Below are positions 9,416 to 18,686 of a stretch of DNA of 64,000 bases, one piece after another. Below the pieces are notes generated by a model. It had not been told where the DNA came from. It worked only from the letters and a program-made list of their open reading frames with translations, and did no database searches. The position numbers and the translations under genes were made by a program. Origin of the DNA: Nitrosopumilus sp. (GTDB lineage: Archaea; Thermoproteota; Nitrososphaeria; Nitrososphaerales; Nitrosopumilaceae); the NCBI GenBank assembly GCA_965218695.1, contig OZ244651.1, forward strand, positions 1,856,001 to 1,920,000, written 5' to 3'. The stretch's first letter is position 1. Each line of letters opens with the position of its first letter.

Positions 9416-11080
9416 TTACGTGGTGGCCTGGGCCGCGTCATGGAACATCTGGGACTTGGCACAACCCGCTGCAAGCTCGTCGCCTGCGCCGCGCCTCATC
9501 AAACCGCGATAAAGGCCGTCTTCAAGCTTGACTCCCTCGCGTTCCTCCCATTCCTCGACGGTGATGGAGTATTTCTTTTGGATCCTGTCCCGGTACCATT
9601 CGGGAATGACGTTGAACGCGCAGAAGGGAACGATTCTGAGGTCCGGCGTGACATAGTGGATGTCGCACCTCTGCAGTCTCTCAAGATCCTCGTTGTACTT
9701 GTCCTGGAAGTGCATCATGCCCAGGAACAGCCCCTTGACATGCCACGAGCCTACCGAATCAAACGACCTCTTCATGAGGATGTTGCCAAACATCTTTGCC
9801 AGATCCAGGCCGGCCGGCTGCTTCTTGGTGTCTACAAACCCTTTGAGCTTTCTTACCACTTCCAGCATCGTAAAGTACTTGTTCTTGCCGGAGCGGATCT
9901 CTTCGGCCTTGTCCTCGAAGAGTTCCAGCATTCCCTGGATGTCGCAGAACTTGGTGAGCGGGACGAACTTTTTGGTCTCCGCGTCTTCAAAGATGTACGT
10001 GCCTGCGCCGCATGCAAAGTGGATCGACAATTCATACTTTGGCTTGCTTGAGAAGGCCTCGATCACGTTGGTCAGCGGCATGCAGCTTGGAACCGGGAAC
10101 CAGTCATCCACTGTGACCTCGCCGTTTGTCTGCTCCTCGATCCTCTGAATGCAGTCTGGTATGGTGATTCTGTATTTTTCACGCTCAGTCTTGCCCATTC
10201 GTCCTGTCAGGGAGACTGGCTGGAAGTTTACTGCATGGACCACGTCCATGTTCTTCTGGGCGTATCTGATGATTCCGCCTAGTTCGTGATCGTTGATTGA
10301 CTTGATTACCGTGGGGACAAACACCACAGTCGTGCCGGTCTTTCGGCAGCTGTCAAGGGCGTACGGGATCTCCCAGTGGTTTTTGGGGTTGGTCCTTGCG
10401 GTGACGCCGTCAAAGGATAGATAGAGATTGTTGCATCCGGCAAGCCTCACCTCGCGCGCGGCCTCGGGATCCATCGCGTGCCTGATGCCGTTGGTGTTCA
10501 TCTGGATGTGGTCGACTCCCTCCTCCTTCATTATCTTGATGACATCGGCGATGTCCTCGCGCAGCATCGGCTCTCCGCCTGTTATCTGCATGGAGTTGCC
10601 TGGGATTGGTCGCTCGGCCCGAAGCGTCTTCATCATGGCGCGCACCTGTGTGTGATCGGGCTCGTACATGTATGCGCCCTCGAGTCCCTTCTTGACGTAA
10701 AAGAAGCAGTACCAGCAGGTCAGGTCGCACCGGTTGGTCACTATCATGTTGGCAAGGCCGCTGTGCGACAGATGGTTTGAGCATAATCCGCAGTTGTTTG
10801 GGCAGGAGCACCTGTCAACCATCACGTTTGGAGCATGGGCACCCTTGCCGTCCATCCAGTAGGTGCTGAACTTTTTGTACATCTCATAAGAGCCAAAGTA
10901 GAGTTCCTCGCATTCGCCGTGGGTTGGGCAGACCTTGGTCATGAATACCTTTCCGTCCCTCTCAAAGACTTCTGCATCCAGAATCATGTTGCAGTCGGGG
11001 CATATGCTCTGCGTGAACCGGATCGTGGACTTTTTGCCCAGGTTTTTAACCGCCTGGTTGGATATCTGGATCAATGCCAT
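9416..11080 (-). CDS. tes: Radical SAM tetraether lipid synthase (Tes / GDGT-MAS, MJ0619 family)
   Basis: N-terminal SICPDC...CPTHG rubredoxin-like motif, CPNNCGLCSNH, CDLTCWYC radical SAM motif, C-terminal RCDIHY..PFC. Confidence 0.88.
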   Translation of the reverse strand: MALIQISNQAVKNLGKKSTIRFTQSICPDCNMILDAEVFERDGKVFMTKVCPTHGECEELYFGSYEMYKKFSTYWMDGKGAHAPNVMVDRCSCPNNCGLCSNHLSHSGLANMIVTNRCDLTCWYCFFYVKKGLEGAYMYEPDHTQVRAMMKTLRAERPIPGNSMQITGGEPMLREDIADVIKIMKEEGVDHIQMNTNGIRHAMDPEAAREVRLAGCNNLYLSFDGVTARTNPKNHWEIPYALDSCRKTGTTVVFVPTVIKSINDHELGGIIRYAQKNMDVVHAVNFQPVSLTGRMGKTEREKYRITIPDCIQRIEEQTNGEVTVDDWFPVPSCMPLTNVIEAFSSKPKYELSIHFACGAGTYIFEDAETKKFVPLTKFCDIQGMLELFEDKAEEIRSGKNKYFTMLEVVRKLKGFVDTKKQPAGLDLAKMFGNILMKRSFDSVGSWHVKGLFLGMMHFQDKYNEDLERLQRCDIHYVTPDLRIVPFCAFNVIPEWYRDRIQKKYSITVEEWEEREGVKLEDGLYRGLMRRGAGDELAAGCAKSQMFHDAAQATT

Positions 11081-11190
11081 GCTTGATCAATACGAGATCT
11101 GATATTATATAATGTCTTGCACCTTTACCCCCGTGTGTAATTTAGGCATTCAGGCGTGACTTAAATAGAAAGCAGAGCCGATCAGATCGC

Positions 11191-11958
11191 ATGAGCATAT
11201 CTGACAAGACCAAAAAGTCCCTCGAGAAGATCGGCATGACGGGGTACGAGGTAAAGGCCTTTGCAGTACTGCTAAAGTCAGGGAGGCAGAACGCCTCGAA
11301 TTTAAGCCAAAAGTCAGGCGTGCCGTACTCCAAGATTTACGAGGTGCTAGGCACGCTGGAGGAGAAGGGCTGGATAGACTCTGACGAGTCGAGGCCAACT
11401 GTGTACTCTGCAAAGTCGCCTGCAACGGGACTGGAGACTACAAAGCAGAACATGGACGACGAGTTCGTAAGGAACCAAGGGGTGATACTGAGCGAGCTGA
11501 TGCCGCTGTACGAGGGGAGCGGGACCAGTGAAAAGCCCGACATCTGGGTGCTCTCAGGCACGATCAACATCGCATCCAAGATTCTTGAGATGGTGGATGC
11601 GTGCAGGAACGAGGTGATGATCGCGATACCGGAGGCAGGAGAGGAGCTGGTCAGGCAGGCGCTGCCAAAGCTGAGATCGCTGTATGACAGGAAGATCGAC
11701 ATCACGGTGCTGACATCAGACAAGATGGACGCAGAGGCCATCAAGGCCATCAAGAGGATTGCGACTGTAAAGATCAAGGAGGGACTGTTTGGCGGGGGGA
11801 TAATATCGGACAGGAGGCATGTCATTATCCTGCTGGGACCGGATGTTGTGGGCTCAAACCAGTCAGAGGTGATCGCTATTTGGGCCGACCATGCCGGGCT
11901 TGCAGGATTTGCGCGCCAATACTTTGAATATTTATTAAAAGACTCGAAGATAGGATAG
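11191..11958 (+). CDS. TrmB-family transcriptional regulator
   Basis: GMTGYEVKAF..SGVPYSKIYEVLGTLEEKGWI HTH plus an effector domain. Confidence 0.9.
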   Translation: MSISDKTKKSLEKIGMTGYEVKAFAVLLKSGRQNASNLSQKSGVPYSKIYEVLGTLEEKGWIDSDESRPTVYSAKSPATGLETTKQNMDDEFVRNQGVILSELMPLYEGSGTSEKPDIWVLSGTINIASKILEMVDACRNEVMIAIPEAGEELVRQALPKLRSLYDRKIDITVLTSDKMDAEAIKAIKRIATVKIKEGLFGGGIISDRRHVIILLGPDVVGSNQSEVIAIWADHAGLAGFARQYFEYLLKDSKIG

Positions 11959-11962
11959 TAGT

Positions 11963-12415
11963 ATGGACGAACCTGTTACTAATGACGAGGCTCTGTTTGT
12001 GGGGACTGCAGAAGCCGAGCACGTGGAGATGTACCTCAAGGCGATATGGCACATCAAGGAGAGGGGCGAGGATGTCAAGATTAGCACCATCGCCAAGACG
12101 CTCAAGGTGAGGCAGCCAAGCGTGGTGCAGATGCTAAAAAAGCTCAACACCCGGGATCTGGTAAAATACAACAAGACCGGGGTGAGGCTGACAGAGGACG
12201 GCAAGGCGATAGGCTCCAGCATGATGAGGAACAGCCGGCTGCTTGAGGTGCTGATGAGCAACGCGCTAAAGGTGGAGATTGACGAGGAGATGGTGTGCGG
12301 GATTGAGCATCACATGAAGAAGCAGTTTACAGACGCGCTGTGCACCATGCTGAACCATCCAAGGGAGTGCCCGCACGGGCACGAGATTCCGATGGGCGAA
12401 TGCTGTTCGGTGTAG
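11963..12415 (+). CDS. DtxR/MntR-family metal-dependent repressor
   Basis: EMYLKAIW..PSVVQMLKKL HTH, CGIEHH, HPRECPHGHEIP. Confidence 0.9.
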   Translation: MDEPVTNDEALFVGTAEAEHVEMYLKAIWHIKERGEDVKISTIAKTLKVRQPSVVQMLKKLNTRDLVKYNKTGVRLTEDGKAIGSSMMRNSRLLEVLMSNALKVEIDEEMVCGIEHHMKKQFTDALCTMLNHPRECPHGHEIPMGECCSV

Positions 12416-12820
12416 TAGTAGTAGTAGTAGGGACCGGTTGCCTGGACAGGCATTTGTGGGAGGCTTTATGATTTTTCATTATTCGTGTCGTGTCCTCTGA
12501 TGGTTGGGCACTCCTAACGCAGTAAGCGACAAACGTCTCGCCCATCTTCTCACCCAAACCACAGGAGAATGCCCGGTACTCATTGGAATCATGCAGGGCG
12601 TGCATGAGATGTTGCAAAGAGCGATCCCAAGACAGGGATCCACCCACAGACGGAATCTGGAACAATGTAACGCTTGCAGGGACTTTTTTTCCCTGCAAGG
12701 GGAATCGGCGGGCAGGACAACGCCTGCGGGGGGGGGGGTTCTGCCGCAGACACTTGTTATCCGTTCGACTTGGCTGGTTCGGTTTTTTCATTGCCGTCCT
12801 TTCATACGACTACATGTCAT

Positions 12821-12985
12821 GGAGCATTCCCAGACAGACCCACAACTCCCAAGCGGCAGGTTGGCTGTCTGCCGGGTACCTTACGCGGAATGCCGCCGCG
12901 CCGCGGGGAGAGGATCTTCGAGTCCGCCCGCTTCGAGCCCCACAGCTGGGGTGAACGTCTTGAGATCCCACACGAAGAGGCGCCA
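12821..12985. ncRNA. Candidate GC-rich structured non-coding element upstream of rpl2
   Basis: Nested helices GCATTCC/GGAATGC, CAGACAG/CTGTCTG, GGATCT(T)CGAG/CTTGAGATCC and CCCCA/TGGGG. No convincing protein in any frame. Confidence 0.4.
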
Positions 12986-13026
12986 ATCATAAGCTTAAAA
13001 TCATCTAGCAATGGGAGACGAGCAAC

Positions 13027-13761
13027 ATGGGTAAGAGACCGCTAGTACGAAGGCGAGGCCGGGGAGGCAACCAGTTCCGATCCACGTCCACTGGAAAGGT
13101 GGGTGCCAGGGCAATCTATCCGCGCTTTGCCCTCTCAGAGCAGCACGCAGGAGAGGTAATCGATCTGGTTCATGAGCGCGGCCGCGAGGCACCGCTGGCC
13201 AAGATCAGGTTTGAGGACGGGTCGGTCTCGTTCGTTCCTGCGGTGCTTGGAACCAGGGTCGGAGACGTCCTGCAGTTCGGGCTAAAGTCAGGCATCGAGA
13301 AGGGAAACGTCATCAGCGTCCAGAACATTCCTGATGGAACCATAGTGTGTAACGTTGAAAAGCACTACGGCGACGGCGGTGCCATAGTAAAGTCGGCAGG
13401 CACCAATGCAACCATCTTCTCGCACGGAGAGGAGGGGGTAACAGTAAAGCTGCCATCTGGCAGGTTCACGACACTCAACCCAAAGAACAGGGCCATGATA
13501 GGCACGCTTGCAGGCGGAGGAGCCGGCGAAAGACCGTTCATGAGCGCGGGCGGAAAGTGGCGCAGCTTCAAGGCAAAGGGCAAGAAATACCCGATCGTGC
13601 GCGGTGTGGCCCAGGCAGCATACGTGCATCCGCACGGAGGAGGACGCCACCAGCACGTAGGGCAGAGTTCCACCGTGTCAAGGAACGCGCCGCCGGGTGC
13701 AAAGGTCGGCAGCATCGCAGCCCGCAAGACCGGCAGGGCCAGAATCAAGGACAGAAGATAG
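13027..13761 (+). CDS. rpl2: 50S ribosomal protein uL2
   Basis: MGKRPLVRRRGRG...VRGVAQAAYVHPHGGGRHQH...PPGAKVGSIAARKTG. Confidence 0.97.
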   Translation: MGKRPLVRRRGRGGNQFRSTSTGKVGARAIYPRFALSEQHAGEVIDLVHERGREAPLAKIRFEDGSVSFVPAVLGTRVGDVLQFGLKSGIEKGNVISVQNIPDGTIVCNVEKHYGDGGAIVKSAGTNATIFSHGEEGVTVKLPSGRFTTLNPKNRAMIGTLAGGGAGERPFMSAGGKWRSFKAKGKKYPIVRGVAQAAYVHPHGGGRHQHVGQSSTVSRNAPPGAKVGSIAARKTGRARIKDRR

Positions 13762-13808
13762 TTCTTCTGGCCTAAAACTGATTAATAGTTTACATATCCA
13801 CTATATTG

Positions 13809-14087
13809 ATGCCCCGCCAGAGAATCCGAATCATCATTACTGGAAAGGTCCAGGGAGTGTTCTTCCGCCAGACCCTCAAGGCGATTGCAAGAAAGAACGA
13901 CGTCTCAGGATGGGTCAGAAACCGCAAGGACGGCAGGGTGGAGGCCGTCCTGGAAGGGGACATGTCCGACGTGGGACGGCTTGTAGAATGGGCGCACGGC
14001 GGGCCTGCCAACGCAAGGGTCGAGGACGTGGAGATTCGAAACGAGAAGTTCACCGGCAAGTTTGCAGAGTTTGACGTACGGTACTAG
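13809..14087 (+). CDS. acyP: Acylphosphatase
   Basis: GKVQGVFFR, GWVRNRKDGRVEAVLEG, GPANARV. Confidence 0.93.
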   Translation: MPRQRIRIIITGKVQGVFFRQTLKAIARKNDVSGWVRNRKDGRVEAVLEGDMSDVGRLVEWAHGGPANARVEDVEIRNEKFTGKFAEFDVRY

Positions 14088-14419
14088 GTGATCTCTTCGT
14101 ACGCCCTTTTGAGGATGGTGCCTCCGGACCCTGCAAGATCCTGGCTGTTCTTTATCCTGATCGTCTGCGCAGGCTCCTTTCTGCTCCTCTGAACCTTGAT
14201 GAGCAGCCCGTCGGATTCTGGCTCCACGTCTGCAAACCATCTAAACGTCATGGTCTTGCCAAAGACCACCCTGTGCATCCTGACGTCTTCTACCACGTTG
14301 GAGCCAAGCGACATGCAAAAGTCCCTTGCCGAGTCAAACAGGGGCCTCACGTTCTCAGGGACACTCCGCGCAAAGTCATCATAGCCCCTTCTGCCGCCCG
14401 GTGAGAACATACCGTCCAT
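14084..14419 (-). CDS. Hypothetical protein (111 aa)
   Basis: ATG ORF with normal composition, convergent 4-nt overlap with acyP, TATA-like TTTATAA upstream. Confidence 0.7.
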   Translation of the reverse strand: MDGMFSPGGRRGYDDFARSVPENVRPLFDSARDFCMSLGSNVVEDVRMHRVVFGKTMTFRWFADVEPESDGLLIKVQRSRKEPAQTIRIKNSQDLAGSGGTILKRAYEEIT

Positions 14420-14456
14420 GACATGGGATGATCAAACTCTGATTATAAAGGTAATA

Positions 14457-14770
14457 GTAGTAGCCCTGCCGGTCCCACTCCATACCAGCAACCCCATCTC
14501 AAGGCGTACAAGATCCGCCACGTTGACGGGGAAGCGTGGATGCTCCACCTTAGGATTGCTCCCTCCCGGACCTCATCCATTTCGGCGGTTCGGTCTTGGA
14601 AGTCATCCCTTCGGATAATTCCAGCCCTGCAACCACCCGCCCCGGCGTGATTTCATATCCGCACGCCAAGCGGGAATTGCCAATCTGGAGATTTACCCGG
14701 CAGTTACTGATCTCTGCGTATAGCCGGTTTCAGAACGGGGCACGGCTGGCACCCCAATCCTCCCTACTAC
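14457..14770 (-). ncRNA. ffs: Archaeal signal recognition particle (7S) RNA
   Basis: Minus strand carries the helix-8 motif GAGGTCCGGGAGGGAGCAATC. The ends GTAGTAG/CTACTAC pair, length is about 314 nt, and it is GC-rich and intergenic. Confidence 0.9.
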
Positions 14771-14787
14771 CACGGTTTCTAAAAACA

Positions 14788-15747
14788 TCATGTTATATTT
14801 GCATTAGGTTTGCCCCCCTCCTTGAGACCCATAACGGTACTGCACACGGAGCACACCTTGCCGGTACACGAGTTGCCGCACCTCTGGCAGGTCGTCCGCT
14901 GCTTGCTCCCCGCATCCCTCATGTTCTGGGAGACTCTCAGAACGGACCGGTACATGTTGTTTTTGATGCCGCTGTGCCCTGCCTCAAGCGAGTTGAGAAA
15001 CTCCCTGATCTCTGTGCGTATCCCCTCGTTCATGTGCGGGCAGGGCTCGGACTGGAACGGCAGGTTGTTTGTAAAGGCGTAAAAGACGATCTCGGACTCG
15101 TATATCTCGCAGAACGGCTTTATCCTTCGGGGAGGGGGGGCGGCCTGCGCCCCGGGATCCATCCAGCCTATCCTCTCCGAGTCCCCGGAGAGCATGTTTA
15201 TAACAAAGGTCTGGAGGATGTCGTCCAGGTTGTGTCCCGTGGCGACTACGTCTGCCCCGATGTCCCGGGCGGCAACATCGATGGCGCGCCTCCGCAGGGT
15301 GCCGCATATGGAGCACGAGGACGTCTTGGCACCACTACTCCCCCTCAGTTCGAGTGCCTCCTCGAGTGTGATCTCAAAGAGGTCCTTGTACGAGTATACG
15401 GTGTGTTTCACCCCCAGCCTCTGGCAGAAGTCCTCGACGATCCCGAGCGCCTCGTCCCTGTACCCCGGGATTCCCTCGTCCACTGTTACGGCCCTGATCC
15501 TAAAGTTGTGGGTAGACTCCATCTGGTGCATTATCTGCAGTAGGGCAAGGGAGTCCTTTCCTCCGGACACTGCCACTGCCACAAGGTCGTCATTCTGGAC
15601 CATGCCGTACCTCGAGATGGTCTTGGCAGTCTTTCGCATTATGGACTCTGAAAAACACTGAGAGCAGTGGCTCTGCCCGGAATACTTTCGGGAGTATACT
15701 GCCTGTCTGCCACACCTGTCGCATCTCACAGGCTCGTATGACACCAT
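14788..15747 (-). CDS. tRNA 2-thiolation protein (NcsA/TtuA/CTU1 family)
   Basis: CDRC..CSQC zinc finger, SGGKDS PP-loop, CSICGTLRR, TGHNLDD, C-terminal CQRC..CSVC. Confidence 0.9.
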   Translation of the reverse strand: MVSYEPVRCDRCGRQAVYSRKYSGQSHCSQCFSESIMRKTAKTISRYGMVQNDDLVAVAVSGGKDSLALLQIMHQMESTHNFRIRAVTVDEGIPGYRDEALGIVEDFCQRLGVKHTVYSYKDLFEITLEEALELRGSSGAKTSSCSICGTLRRRAIDVAARDIGADVVATGHNLDDILQTFVINMLSGDSERIGWMDPGAQAAPPPRRIKPFCEIYESEIVFYAFTNNLPFQSEPCPHMNEGIRTEIREFLNSLEAGHSGIKNNMYRSVLRVSQNMRDAGSKQRTTCQRCGNSCTGKVCSVCSTVMGLKEGGKPNANIT

Positions 15748-15828
15748 ATCATTAATGATTCTTGCGAGCAGTTACTTTTGTAATCTGAGATTTGACTGTA
15801 TCTTGTTCTGTAGTTGGTTCAGGAGGTG

Positions 15829-16038
15829 TTATGTTTCATCCGAGAAACTGGGCGCGCGCCAGATCCGTTTTGCGTGTTTTTTCACATTTAATTTCCTAAA
15901 TTTGATTACGGCTTGAAAAGCCTGTTTCGAGGCGGCCTCATGCATGCGGACGCTGTTGATCAGGCTGAATTCCCTGCGTCATCTGGTTATCAGGTTGTTG
16001 ACGTCAAACTGCGTCATTCTGGGATGCGCCAGCTTCAT
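15829..16038 (-). pseudogene. Possible degraded TnpB (IS200/IS605) fragment
   Basis: Frame reads MKLAHPRMTQFDVNNLITR*RREFSLINSVRMHEAASKQAFQAVIKFRK, resembling the TnpB N-terminal helical region, with an in-frame TGA. Judged by eye only. Confidence 0.3.
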
Positions 16039-16156
16039 CAAGAGTGACCGAATTACTCTGACTCCGTGTACCATGACAGCAGGCATGAAGTTAATGAAAG
16101 TGGCGAAAACCTTTGCCTGAAGATTCTTTAGAACTAGGGGAGGAGCTCCAACAGCC

Positions 16157-17383
16157 CTAGATGGTAAACCAGCCGGACTTTACATAGGAGAGGGCGATGT
16201 TGAGTCCAAACAGCACAAACGTAAAGGCGTAGATCCCCCACATGATGCCGTTTACCGTGCCCTCTGAGGCCCTCTTGTCGATTATCGTGTGGATGAACTT
16301 TCCCCCGTCCAGAATGGGAAGCGGAAGCATGTTGATTATGCCGATAAAGAACGAGATCATCCACAGCCACAGCAGGAACAGCGAGACGTTGGGATCATTC
16401 CACTCTATAAAGTTCATCACCGGCTTGTAGGCAAAGGAGTTGTCCCTCATGATGCCGATGAGGCCCCGGTCGGGGTCGTCAGGCGATTCCATTACGTCCA
16501 CGTCAAACTGCATCTCCTGGCCGTTCCTGATGATCTCAACGCCTGCTACGTCACCCGGATTCAGGCCCGGAAAGTCGGCCGGGCTTGCAATCGACCGCCC
16601 GTTTATCGACGTGATGACGTCGTTGGGTGCAAGTCCTGCAGATTCGGCCCCCGACCCATCCATTATGGATAGGATCAGGACGCCGTCGGGTGCCTCGTAA
16701 AACACGCCCAAGATCGGCTCTGGCAGCACTATCGCAAAGAACGGGTTTGTCAGGAGGATGACGCCGAGTGCCAGTGCAAATATGACGTTTGAGGTGGCGC
16801 CTGCACCGATCACCCTCATCTTTGAGATCTTTTTTGCCTTGTTGAATTCCTCCTCGTCAGGCTCCACAAACCCTGCAAACATTGCAATGAATATGGCAAA
16901 GCCGCCGGTCTTGATCTTTATCCTCTCAAGGGCCGCCACGATCCCGTGGGCCCCCTCGTGCATCACCAGGACGATTGGGATTGAGAGCAGAAAGTATGCA
17001 ATTGAGGAGGCAGAGGTAAGGGTGACTCCAGGGATTAAAACGGTCAGCTCGGCAAACTCTTCTTCTGCCACGAAAAAATTGGCAACGTTGTTCAGCAGGA
17101 ACCAGAAGGCAAATCCCATCATGAGAAACCCCGCAACCACGCTGACGTCTGCAAACACGCGGATTCCGCGCCGCGTCCTGCCCAAAAGCCTGACGAGGAC
17201 GTCGTTGACCTGCCTGTTCTTGTACGTGAGGCTGTACGCCTTTATGTCAAAGCCGTGCCTGTCAAGCTTGAGGCCCTTTGCTGCTATCAGTATGACCACC
17301 CATGCAACCAAAACGTAGATGATTGCGTTCTGGGTGATAAAATCAAGTTCCAAACTGTTGCAGGCTTTGTATGCAACAGACAT
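16157..17383 (-). CDS. Site-2 protease (M50) with PDZ domain
   Basis: MHEGAHG (HExxH), GAGATSN, PDZ segment, NMLPLPILDGG. The true start may be TTG at about 17353. Confidence 0.93.
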   Translation of the reverse strand: MSVAYKACNSLELDFITQNAIIYVLVAWVVILIAAKGLKLDRHGFDIKAYSLTYKNRQVNDVLVRLLGRTRRGIRVFADVSVVAGFLMMGFAFWFLLNNVANFFVAEEEFAELTVLIPGVTLTSASSIAYFLLSIPIVLVMHEGAHGIVAALERIKIKTGGFAIFIAMFAGFVEPDEEEFNKAKKISKMRVIGAGATSNVIFALALGVILLTNPFFAIVLPEPILGVFYEAPDGVLILSIMDGSGAESAGLAPNDVITSINGRSIASPADFPGLNPGDVAGVEIIRNGQEMQFDVDVMESPDDPDRGLIGIMRDNSFAYKPVMNFIEWNDPNVSLFLLWLWMISFFIGIINMLPLPILDGGKFIHTIIDKRASEGTVNGIMWGIYAFTFVLFGLNIALSYVKSGWFTI

Positions 17384-17402
17384 TTATCGGTTACTGCAAC
17401 AG

Positions 17403-18649
17403 CAGCTAAGCGAAATGTGCTTTGATCTAGGCAAAATCTGACAAGAATGCAAGCAGATCAATAAGGGTACGGCCCTATGGTTTTTGTTGTCTAGACAAAA
17501 AACCAAGCAGGGCCGCGATCTACTGAACAATCCAAGAATATATCAAGATGTCGCAAGCGGCATGAAAAACATGCTTGCCTGCGCCAACACGTCAAACAGG
17601 TACAATGCGGTATTTGGAACAGACAATCTAAATCACGGCATGCTGAGGGGAGCCACCATGGATTCGTCCGTAGGCGGGTGCGCAAACGCGGTAAAGCGCA
17701 CGCACTGCGACGCTCCCTCCGACAGGTGGCATGCATCGGCAATCAAGGGGATGGAGCAGGGCACGGTTCAGCGCGCATTCGAAGAAATGGTGGCAGTGCA
17801 ACTTGACACATTCAAAAAACTGGGCAAATTCCCAAAAGAAGGACTGGACATCGCAATCGACATGCACCTCATACCGCGTTATGACCGGGCACCCGGAGGG
17901 GAGCTGACCCGTTCCAAATACAAAAACGGAACCACGTATTTTGAGCGTTACATGACAGTCCAGTGCGTAAACGACAAGATGCGCATGGTCCTTGCAGCAT
18001 CATACCTCAAAAGGCTCGAATTCGTGCCTGATTACGTGGATGCAGTCCTCAAGACCATGGCAGGGATGGGCATCAGGATCCGCCTGGCGCTGCTTGACCG
18101 GGAATTCTTCTCAGTCGACACGATAAGCAGGCTGCGGGCAAACGGCGTAAGGTACCTGATGCCGTGCAGGAACACGCCCAACGTGGTGGAAGCCCTGCAG
18201 GATTTTGCACAAGGAAAGAGGGAAAGGATCTCAACAAACGTGATTGAGAACAACCAGGGCTCCGTCGAATATTCCATGATAATAACTGAAAGAAAAAACG
18301 CCAAAGACCCTGATGTCCCGGAAGAGAAATACATCGGGTTTGCAACAAACCACCCCACAATCAAGACGGAGGCTTATGCCAAAAGATGGGGAATAGAGAC
18401 CGGGTACGGTAAAATCGAGGAGTGCAGGGCCAAGACGCGGATTTCGGACATGGAATCGCGGATGTTGTGTTTTTACTATTCCCTAACATTGTACAATGAA
18501 TGGATAATCGTCAGGGCAATGCTTTCTGACGGTACCGAAAGGCAGAGTGTCATGACCATGCTCACGTTCAAGGTGCAGTTGGAATCACTCCTCATACGCC
18601 AGTCCAAACCGCCTACCTGATCTCAGATGAGGCACTTTTCGCTTAGCTG
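17403..18649 (+). mobile_element. ISH3-family insertion sequence, complete (1247 bp)
   Basis: IRs CAGCTAAGCGAAATGTGC (from 17403) and GCACTTTTCGCTTAGCTG (to 18649), 17/18 match. 5-bp TSD AACAG at 17398-17402 and 18650-18654. Confidence 0.9.
17484..18620 (+). CDS. ISH3-family DDE transposase
   Basis: IAIDMHLIPRY, ALLDREFFS, YAKRWGIETGY. Confidence 0.9.
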   Translation: MLSRQKTKQGRDLLNNPRIYQDVASGMKNMLACANTSNRYNAVFGTDNLNHGMLRGATMDSSVGGCANAVKRTHCDAPSDRWHASAIKGMEQGTVQRAFEEMVAVQLDTFKKLGKFPKEGLDIAIDMHLIPRYDRAPGGELTRSKYKNGTTYFERYMTVQCVNDKMRMVLAASYLKRLEFVPDYVDAVLKTMAGMGIRIRLALLDREFFSVDTISRLRANGVRYLMPCRNTPNVVEALQDFAQGKRERISTNVIENNQGSVEYSMIITERKNAKDPDVPEEKYIGFATNHPTIKTEAYAKRWGIETGYGKIEECRAKTRISDMESRMLCFYYSLTLYNEWIIVRAMLSDGTERQSVMTMLTFKVQLESLLIRQSKPPT

Positions 18650-18686
18650 AACAGCTATATCCGTATCTGTGTAGTTTTTTGATCAA

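Noticed and set aside
9440-10811. Long alternative-frame and antisense ORFs over tes (likewise 26241-27299, 37456-38487, 49785-50675, 58318-59394)
   Set aside because: Shadow ORFs of GC3-rich real genes, with no motifs and atypical composition
12670-12700. Minus-strand GGGAAAAAAAGTCCC as the RNase P CR-I motif
   Set aside because: It is one arm of a local hairpin; no matching CR-V/P4 partner was found
12327-13045. Four overlapping 123-162 aa ORFs upstream of rpl2
   Set aside because: Mutually overlapping, run through homopolymers and hairpins, and show no protein signature
14596-15543. 315-aa + strand ORF
   Set aside because: Overlaps the SRP RNA and is antisense to the tRNA thiolase
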